From contig WALU01000032.1 in assembly GCA_015522685.1 (NCBI GenBank), positions 44,760 through 108,759 on the forward strand: a stretch of DNA of 64,000 nucleotides, read 5' to 3'. This stretch comes from Thermoproteota archaeon. Its GTDB lineage: Archaea; Korarchaeota; Korarchaeia; Korarchaeales; Korarchaeaceae. This document shows positions 57,045 through 64,000 of the stretch, in pieces (positions within the stretch are counted from its first letter, which is position 1; each line of letters starts with the position of its first letter). The position numbers and the translations under genes are program-made. Under the pieces are notes generated by a model that ran no database searches, was not told the origin of the DNA, and worked only from the letters and a program-made list of their open reading frames with translations.

Positions 57045-58199
57045 CTATCTACTACTCCTGAAGTAGTCAGGATCTTTAGCTAGGCTTTCCGTTAGAGGTA
57101 TGCTGTGATTCTTACCAACTAGCACGGTATCCTCGATCCTTATTCCACCCCATCCCCTTATATATATTCCAGGCTCATCAGTAACTACCATTCTCTCCAT
57201 GAGACGTCCTCTCTTGCCAACAAGCAGTCTGAGGAATTCGTGAATATCTATACCAACACCATGTCCAAGGGAATGTACATAGTATTCGAGGAGACCAGCC
57301 TTCTTCAATATCTTTCTAGCTTCTATATCTGGTTTTTCAAAAGTTACTCCCCTTCTAATATATTCTAATGCTTTAAGCTGGGCATTAAGAACAGCATTAT
57401 ATCTGGAAAGGAAACTCTCAGGAGGCTTCCCTATGAAGAAGGTTCTTGTTATATCACTACAATATCCCATATATCTAGCCCCAAAATCTATTAAAAGGAT
57501 ATCTCCCTCTGTAACTCTCCTGTCCGTATTTATATGATGAGCATTGAATGAGTTAGGGCCACTAGCAACTATAGTTGGAAAACTGGGTTCATCTGCATCT
57601 AGCTCCCTCATATTGAACTCGAGCCTATTTGCTATCTCTCTTTCAGTCATGCCAAGCTTTATCTCAAGGGAATTAAATGCCTTCATGGCTATTGATGCGC
57701 TTTCCCTCATCAGGCTTATCTCATAGTCACTTTTGATTATCCTCATCCTCTCTAGCTGCTTACTAGCATCCAAAATAGCCGCGCTTTTCCGTCCTCTTTT
57801 AAATCTCTTTCTAAGATCCTTAACCATGTCTTGAGAAGATAGGAAATCAACAGCTATCCTTCCTGCTTTGCTAAAACTCTCAGCTATTACATCAAAGGCC
57901 TTTGGATTGTATACTTCTCTACTATTAAGCCCATAGAACGGCTTTATAACTTCAACATGGAATGGAGACCTCTCCTTTGCTATCTCATCCCCAAAAGCAT
58001 ATATCGCAATTAGCACGGGTTCGTCATATAAAGGTACAGCTAAGAGATTAGCCTCAGCAGTTCCAGAAAGGTAAAGCATGTTGCTCCAAGACCCTATTAA
58101 GGTCAGATCCACATTCCTTCTATTCATCCATCTCTTGAGCCTTCTAATCCTTACATCTAGCTCGCTGCGTGGATACATGCGATTCACCAGCTGTCTCAC
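57045..58199 (-). CDS. Xaa-Pro aminopeptidase/prolidase (M24B)
   Basis: IDFGA..GYCSDITRT, HSLGHGVG..IHE, TDEPGIY, GIRIED. Confidence 0.93.
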   Translation of the reverse strand: MRQLVNRMYPRSELDVRIRRLKRWMNRRNVDLTLIGSWSNMLYLSGTAEANLLAVPLYDEPVLIAIYAFGDEIAKERSPFHVEVIKPFYGLNSREVYNPKAFDVIAESFSKAGRIAVDFLSSQDMVKDLRKRFKRGRKSAAILDASKQLERMRIIKSDYEISLMRESASIAMKAFNSLEIKLGMTEREIANRLEFNMRELDADEPSFPTIVASGPNSFNAHHINTDRRVTEGDILLIDFGARYMGYCSDITRTFFIGKPPESFLSRYNAVLNAQLKALEYIRRGVTFEKPDIEARKILKKAGLLEYYVHSLGHGVGIDIHEFLRLLVGKRGRLMERMVVTDEPGIYIRGWGGIRIEDTVLVGKNHSIPLTESLAKDPDYFRSSR

Positions 58200-58224
58200 C
58201 TGAGAGAATGAATAAACTTGAGCA

Positions 58225-59688
58225 TCAGACCTCTAAAGGTTCGCCCACCTCAGGAAGTAGTATAGAGCTGATCATCCTCCTAGGAACGAATATATCGAAG
58301 AGATCTCTATGCTCAGTATGTACAGGAACAACCTTGCTTGGATTAATAGCATCCAGAACATCTTTAATCTGATAGGGTGAAAGATGACCGGAAACGTGTA
58401 TCCTATAGTATCTCTTCACATTATATAGTATGAGCCAGTTCATGAGTCTGTCAAGGGATAAAGCTGACTCCTCACTGAACGGTTCCGACCTACTCATCAC
58501 GAAATCCATGTTCGGCTTTATCCCGAGCGGTATCTCATAGAGGAACCTAGTTGCATTATTTGTAATAATTACGTAAGAGTTAGCATCTTTAAAGAGCTTG
58601 GCTCTCTCCTCTCCCCATATAACGAAGTCTTCTCCCCTCTTATCTTCAATCTTCTTTAAGAATTCTCTGAATGTTTTAGGTTCCTTACTACTGAATTTTA
58701 TCTCCCTTCCATCCCTCCCTCTCTTCCTTCTCTTCCAAACAGCATAATCTCCTAGGAGAGGAAGTCCGCTAATGCTCAGTCCACCCAGCCTATCAATCAT
58801 GAAAGCAGTCCTCTCATCCATAACGAGCTTTCTTCCCAGTTTCTTTGTCACCTCATACACGGTTCTCATCCTATCCACGTCCGTTGGTGCTACCTCTATC
58901 AGCGTAAGGGAGTTAGATCGTTCTAACAGTTCTACCATCTTCTCCTTAACTTCTTCCTCAGTTGAAGCTTCGAAGTTCACCCTCTTCGGAGGACTCCTCC
59001 TCCACCTGTACCAGATCCTATTCTCTAGCACTTTAACAAGGGAGGATTCAGGATCATTCTCCGGAGCTACTTTCGTAGCCTCCATTATGAGGAGGTTTAT
59101 ACCCTCTGAGGCAGCAGCATCTATGAAATCCCTAGTCATGTTAGCCTTTGGGCCATGCATCCTCAAATCCCCCGTATAAGCAAGCTTTCTTCCACAACAT
59201 TCTACTATGAAGCCGTATGCCCCGGGAATTGAGTGGTCAACATGAATAGGCATTATAGAAAACTCTCCTAAGTTTAGAATATCTCCTGTCTGAAAACAGT
59301 TCATCTTTAACCTATCTAATCCACTCAAGTCCCGTCTCGTCATCCTATATGTCTCAATTATCCTACGAGCTGCTTTACCAAGGAAAACCTCTATCTCGCT
59401 ATTAAGCATGCGGAGGTAACCCCAATGATCTAGATGAGCATGGCTTATCAGTAGCCCAAGAGCATCGTATCCCTCCACCCTCCAGCTAGATCCTCTTGCT
59501 GGTGGAAGGAGGCCAACTTTGAAGTAATCGTCGGGAAATGAAGGAGGCATGAATGGGTACTGAAAGAATGCTTCTTCCCTTGAAAAGCTCTTTCCAAAAT
59601 CTAAAATTATGGCTCGCCTGCTAGAAGAGGATACCAATATCTTATTTCCTCCTATTTCTCTTATTCCACCGTAAATCCTTACTTTCAC
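58225..59688 (-). CDS. beta-CASP metallo-beta-lactamase ribonuclease (RNase J-like)
   Basis: EIGGN, LDFG, SHAHLDH, VDHSIPGA, YTGDLR, HVSGH, PVH. Confidence 0.88.
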   Translation of the reverse strand: MKVRIYGGIREIGGNKILVSSSSRRAIILDFGKSFSREEAFFQYPFMPPSFPDDYFKVGLLPPARGSSWRVEGYDALGLLISHAHLDHWGYLRMLNSEIEVFLGKAARRIIETYRMTRRDLSGLDRLKMNCFQTGDILNLGEFSIMPIHVDHSIPGAYGFIVECCGRKLAYTGDLRMHGPKANMTRDFIDAAASEGINLLIMEATKVAPENDPESSLVKVLENRIWYRWRRSPPKRVNFEASTEEEVKEKMVELLERSNSLTLIEVAPTDVDRMRTVYEVTKKLGRKLVMDERTAFMIDRLGGLSISGLPLLGDYAVWKRRKRGRDGREIKFSSKEPKTFREFLKKIEDKRGEDFVIWGEERAKLFKDANSYVIITNNATRFLYEIPLGIKPNMDFVMSRSEPFSEESALSLDRLMNWLILYNVKRYYRIHVSGHLSPYQIKDVLDAINPSKVVPVHTEHRDLFDIFVPRRMISSILLPEVGEPLEV

Positions 59689-59735
59689 ACTAAATTGTGT
59701 GAGGTCACCTTTATCAATTTTTTATAAATTGTTTC

Positions 59736-59975
59736 ATGGTGGTGCTCGCGGCAATTCAAGTCAACTTTCATGTAGCTCTCGAGATAGACAAGGATAAGTG
59801 CATAGGCTGTGGCATATGTGTTGATGTATGTCCTTCAAGCATATGGCTCCTAGATAAGAACAGGAAAGCGTATCCTAGAGAGGACTATGAACCAGATTGC
59901 TTTATATGCCATGCTTGCGCTGTCTCCTGTCCTGTGGGTGCAATAGTAGCAAGAGAAGAGATCTGGGAGAAGTAA
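59736..59975 (+). CDS. 2[4Fe-4S] ferredoxin
   Basis: CIGCGICVDVCP and CFICHACAVSCP. Confidence 0.92.
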   Translation: MVVLAAIQVNFHVALEIDKDKCIGCGICVDVCPSSIWLLDKNRKAYPREDYEPDCFICHACAVSCPVGAIVAREEIWEK

Positions 59976-59999
59976 TAAGTAACAGTAGCTCTTCCCTAA

Positions 60000-60722
60000 C
60001 TAAACTCTAACGCACCTCTGGGTTACCTTTCCCTCTCTTTCAAAGAGGCATAAACTCCAGTTCTGCATTTCCTCCCAAGATCCATCATCAAGAGGCTGAG
60101 ATGCTATTTTTACCAAGTCTTTCTCTCTCTCTATATAAAGATTAAAATAATCTGGTCTCTCCGTAGCTCCCTTTAATGCGTAAATTTTCTTTCCTGAAGT
60201 AAGGAGTAATGTCATGGACAATATCCTCCTCTGAAACTCGCTTCTAACGTTTTTAAAGACATCAGTTAAGGACTCTAGGCTAATTTCATTGGCTAGCCTT
60301 GTTATCCTGAGAAGCAAAGCCTCGGAATCCGTCTTACCTAAGAGGTTCTTTTCCTCTTCTTCTAATCCCCCTATGGAGCCATTATGAGCTAGAAACCAAG
60401 TTTTTCCACTGCTAGCTGCGGCAAATGGATGAGTATTATCAAAACTCACATCTCCTATGGAAGCTGCCCTAGCATGAGCAAGGACTAAATCTGCCCTAAA
60501 TCTAGCATAGAAACCTCTCCTCCACATTGGTAAGGTTTCTCTCACATACAGGAGAATCCTGCCCTCTCTAAAAGCCACAGCTCCCCATCCATGTGGATGG
60601 CCCATGCCTGTATCCTCTACAGTCCTTCCTCTGCTAGCCACGTTAGCTAGGGCATCTAGGAAATCCTCAACCTCATATCCCCTTAAAGGCTCTGCAGATA
60701 AGAAAGCAGCCATTCTACACAT
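60000..60722 (-). CDS. class II glutamine amidotransferase (YafJ/EgtC-like)
   Basis: N-terminal MCRM, HPHGWG, AHARAAS, NTHPF, AHNG, TDSE. Confidence 0.9.
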   Translation of the reverse strand: MCRMAAFLSAEPLRGYEVEDFLDALANVASRGRTVEDTGMGHPHGWGAVAFREGRILLYVRETLPMWRRGFYARFRADLVLAHARAASIGDVSFDNTHPFAAASSGKTWFLAHNGSIGGLEEEEKNLLGKTDSEALLLRITRLANEISLESLTDVFKNVRSEFQRRILSMTLLLTSGKKIYALKGATERPDYFNLYIEREKDLVKIASQPLDDGSWEEMQNWSLCLFEREGKVTQRCVRV

Positions 60723-60788
60723 TGTAATCCCATAGAGCAATCAAGTCAATCTTTTTATACTATATCTCAATCTCATGATTGGTTGGTT

Positions 60789-60865
60789 GGCGGGGTAGCT
60801 TAGCCAGGTAGAGCGCCCGGCTGTTAACCGGGAGGCCGTGGGTTCGAAGCCCATCCCCGCCGCCA
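60789..60865 (+). tRNA. tRNA-Asn(GUU), CCA encoded
   Basis: GGCGGGG/CCCCGCC acceptor stem, G73, CCCGG-CUGUUAA-CCGGG anticodon arm, GUUCGA T-loop. Confidence 0.96.
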
Positions 60866-60909
60866 TCTCAATTTTAAGCACTAACTTCGACTTTAGTTGG
60901 TGTACTGTA

Positions 60910-62103
60910 ATGGGTAGAGAAAAGGAGTTCTATATAGTCTCCGGGAAGGAAGTGGAGGAAGGCAAGGTCACAGATGTATATTTTCTAAGGACGATGAAGG
61001 TCCTCAAGTCCAAGGGATTGGCTGATAAGAGAGTTGCCATGGAAGTTGCTGCCAGATCCCTCCCGAATAAGTTCAAGTGGGGTATATTGGCTGGCGTAGA
61101 AGAAGTAGCCAGATTACTTGAGGGCAGAAAAGTGAATGTCTACTCTCTACCTGATGGAAGCCTGCTGAGACCTTGGATACCAGTTATGAGAATAGAAGGC
61201 CCATACTCCGAATTCGGTCCAATGGAAACGTCTATCCTCGGCTTCCTATGCAGCCTATCTGGAGTAGCAACTGTAGCAGCTAGGGTAAAATTTGCAGCTG
61301 GTAACAAGCCTGTTGTGAATTTCGGCATAAGAAGGCAACATCCTGCCGTTAGCCTTGCCTTTGAAAAGGCGGGTCTTATAGGAGGTCTAGATGGATCCTC
61401 AGGTATTCTTGTGGAGGAGCTTGGCTTTAAGCCCGTAGGCACGATGCCTCATGCTATGATAATATTGTTCGAAGATCAAGTGAAAGCTTGGAAGGCATTC
61501 GATGAAGTGCTGCCAGAGGATATCCCTAGGATCGCTCTAGTTGATACATTCTATGATGAAAAGACCGAATCCCTCATGGCTGCTGAATCCCTCAAGGATA
61601 AGCTGGCAGGAGTCAGGCTCGATACTCCAGCATCTAGAAGGGGAAATATGTCTCAGATAATAAGGGAAGTTCGATGGGAGCTGAATATGAGGGGATATAG
61701 ACATGTGAAGATTTTGATCTCTGGGGGATTGAACGAATACAGCGTTAAAGAATATTCAGAGGCAGGCGCTGACTCATTTGGAGTTGGTTCTCATATAATA
61801 GGAGCAAGACCAATCGATTTCGGAGTTGACATAGTAGAAGCCGAGGGGAAGCCTATAGCTAAGAGGGGCATAAAATCAGGGGCAAAAGACCTCTACATAT
61901 GTAACGATCATCTTGTATATAGCTATGCGCCTAAAGGAGTGGAACCACCATTGTGTCCTATATGCGGGAAAACTATGAGGCTAGCTTACACAAAAATACT
62001 TGACAACGGCAAGCTAACGTATAAGATAGAGGATCTCAAAGCTTTGAATGAGAGGACTAAAAATATGTTAAGAAAGCTGAAGGGTCTAGGGGAGACCTTA
62101 TAA
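60910..62103 (+). CDS. pncB: nicotinate phosphoribosyltransferase
   Basis: TDVYF, FGIRRQHP, GTMPHA, LVDTF, VRLDTP, SGGL, FGVG; start moved to ATG 60910, downstream of the tRNA. Confidence 0.92.
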   Translation: MGREKEFYIVSGKEVEEGKVTDVYFLRTMKVLKSKGLADKRVAMEVAARSLPNKFKWGILAGVEEVARLLEGRKVNVYSLPDGSLLRPWIPVMRIEGPYSEFGPMETSILGFLCSLSGVATVAARVKFAAGNKPVVNFGIRRQHPAVSLAFEKAGLIGGLDGSSGILVEELGFKPVGTMPHAMIILFEDQVKAWKAFDEVLPEDIPRIALVDTFYDEKTESLMAAESLKDKLAGVRLDTPASRRGNMSQIIREVRWELNMRGYRHVKILISGGLNEYSVKEYSEAGADSFGVGSHIIGARPIDFGVDIVEAEGKPIAKRGIKSGAKDLYICNDHLVYSYAPKGVEPPLCPICGKTMRLAYTKILDNGKLTYKIEDLKALNERTKNMLRKLKGLGETL

Positions 62104-62150
62104 CAAATCATGTAGCCTAATTTCTTATTGATCTTTTGCTTGAAACTTGG

Positions 62151-62505
62151 ATGCCAAGATCTGATTACTTAAAGAGAAACTCAAAGGCTTCCCTCAGGAA
62201 CGCTAGATATTCCTACTCAGAAGGAGTAGTACAATCTTGCAGCATTCAACCTGAAGCAGGTGGCCCAGCTTCTACTGAAATACGCTCTGGCGATTAAACT
62301 TGGGTTCCCCAGAACTCATTCAATAAGACTCTCCTAGGGAAGGTAAAAATTGCCTTGGAATATTGGAGGTATCTAGGAGGAGCCCTAATGCTATCGGCAA
62401 CTTGGAGGCTGCATATATAACCGCTAGATACACTCTCTCAACTCAAGAAAGAGGAGATAGAGAGGCTAATGAGGTAGTTGCTGGGCTATGAGAAGAATTA
62501 CTGAA
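62151..62505 (+). pseudogene. HEPN-domain toxin pseudogene
   Basis: MPRSDYLKRNSKASLRNARY, frameshift to YNLAAFNLKQVAQLLLKYALAIKLGFPRTHSI, then LEAAYITARY; several frameshifts and stops. Confidence 0.8.
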
Positions 62506-62843
62506 ATGTCTTTCATGAAGATTCTAAGGAATATCAGAAAAACACGAGAAGTATTTTGAGAGATATAAAGAATATGCAACATTAGTTAAAGTTATTATGA
62601 AGGAGAAGCTGCGAGGACGTCAAAATATTCATATTTGAATGTATAGTTAAGGGAAGAAGCTACCATGAGCTAACGATATAGATAGATATCTTGATAATAT
62701 CGCACGAAGTACCCAAAATCATTACAGGCCAAACTGAATTGAGATTAAAAGTAATTTCTGTAGTAGTAAGCATGAATGCTCCTCTAGAGATACATTTTAT
62801 GGATCCTGATCAGTTTAAGAGCTATCTATCGAAAGATGGGTGA
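62506..62843 (+). pseudogene. minimal nucleotidyltransferase (MNT) antitoxin pseudogene
   Basis: KYFERYKEYA, DVKIFIFECIVKG (GS motif degenerate), DIDR/DILIIS, APLEIHF across frameshifts. Confidence 0.75.
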
Positions 62844-62907
62844 TAGGTAAATTGGAGGAATCTAATTCTATCTATTTATCTGATTTGAGATAAACAGAGG
62901 CTTTATA

Positions 62908-63882
62908 CTACTCTCTCCTTTCTATTCTAACCCCCTCCCGAGATATCTTTGCAGGGAATGCTGTAAAGGCTGGCAGGTCCTTCACAACCTCATGGGGATT
63001 TTCATGGAGGATTACCACGCATCCCCCCCCTCCGGCTCCAGAAAGTTTAGCTCCCAATGCTCCTTTTCGCCTCGCTTCCCATAAGATCCTCTCAATTGAC
63101 CAACTGCTAACTCCTAAGGCATAGAGCAGGCCCTGATTGACATTCATGAGGGATCCCAGCATCCTCAGGTCCTCTTTCTCAAGAGCAGACCTTCCCTTCA
63201 TCACTACTTTAGATATATCTCTCACAAGCTCGCTATATACCTCAGGAAATCTACTTTTGAGATGTGAGACGGATTCTATCATGGCTCTAGTCGGACTGGG
63301 CTCTCCGGTGCATGCTATTGCTAGAGGAATTCTCCTGTATCCCAGACTTACTGCTTTCATTTTATCCCTCAACCACTCGATCCAGATGGCGCCACCAAAA
63401 ACAGCGCATGCTGGGCCTGTCTTGCTGGCTTTACCATGAATTATCCTCTCAAATATATAAACAGCCTCTATCAGATCCTGATTGCTCATACTTAGTTCAA
63501 ATAAACCGTCAATGGACTTAGAAATTGCTGCAGATACGGAGGCCGAGGAAGCCATACCACTCCCAATGGGAACATCAGATCTTATATTCAGCTTGACTCC
63601 TGATCTAATATCATATCTTTCCAGCAGAATTTTTAGACCATTTGCCAGCTTTAACAAATCATCGTTAGGTATTAGTATCTTCCCTTCTCTCTCTCTATAC
63701 TCTCCTAGCTCGGATTTAATGATTATCTCTTTCCCTACAAGAGACTCTGCAGTTGAGTAAGCCCTCCTGTCTATGCTCAAAGCTAATGCAGGTGATCCAT
63801 ATAAAACTGCGTGTTCTCCCAATAAGAATGCCTGTGAAGGGGCGGAAGCCGTAATCCTCCTAACCATATTAACCCAAAGCAT
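62908..63882 (-). CDS. mvk: mevalonate kinase
   Basis: LLGEHAVLYG, PIGSGMASSAS, NQGLLYALGVS, GAKLSGAGGGG. Confidence 0.9.
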   Translation of the reverse strand: MLWVNMVRRITASAPSQAFLLGEHAVLYGSPALALSIDRRAYSTAESLVGKEIIIKSELGEYREREGKILIPNDDLLKLANGLKILLERYDIRSGVKLNIRSDVPIGSGMASSASVSAAISKSIDGLFELSMSNQDLIEAVYIFERIIHGKASKTGPACAVFGGAIWIEWLRDKMKAVSLGYRRIPLAIACTGEPSPTRAMIESVSHLKSRFPEVYSELVRDISKVVMKGRSALEKEDLRMLGSLMNVNQGLLYALGVSSWSIERILWEARRKGALGAKLSGAGGGGCVVILHENPHEVVKDLPAFTAFPAKISREGVRIERRE

Positions 63883-64000
63883 TGCGGCTGCTATATGTAA
63901 TTACCGTTATCGATTAGAGATGAATATTTCAACATATGATAGACAAAGGTAGTATATGATGTTTATTAGGATTTTAATGCTATTTTACAAGGTATAATGA

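Noticed and set aside
1-64000. CRISPR arrays, rRNA genes, transposases, inteins in PolB
   Set aside because: No regularly spaced repeats, no long GC-rich rRNA-like stretch, no transposase motifs, and PolB has normal length.

Overview
This is an archaeal chromosomal window, very gene-dense, with short overlaps and apparently many leaderless genes. The mix of a crenarchaeal-type PolB1, an HMf-like histone, GatDE with a GluRS and a short isolated ribosomal-protein cluster suggests a TACK archaeon, most plausibly Korarchaeia (inference only). Most of it is housekeeping: L22-S3-L29-Rpp29-S17, PolB1, GatDE, GluRS, PyrG, GuaB, DHS, Tsr3, RNA methyltransferases, and mevalonate/isoprenoid genes (HMGS-thiolase-DUF35, MVK, GGPP synthase, a GGR-family protein). 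There are two tRNAs: Tyr-GUA with a 43-nt intron, and Asn-GUU. I saw no CRISPR array, rRNA, integrase or intact IS. Several 'intergenic' gaps contain decayed genes that the ORF track misses: a reverse gyrase N-terminal remnant, a PfpI protease, a HEPN-MNT pair, an ArsR-TM regulator and a few weaker cases. Other points of interest: a stand-alone herA-nurA pair without mre11/rad50, a mevalonate-cluster thiolase lacking its catalytic Cys and His, a bacterial-type RNase HIII, an Rpp29 gene that appears to need a non-canonical ATA start, tandem polyprenol-kinase-like genes, a DUF1512/Zn-ribbon membrane module with protease-like motifs, and a candidate small RNA. All family calls come from motif recognition by eye; no database searches were run.
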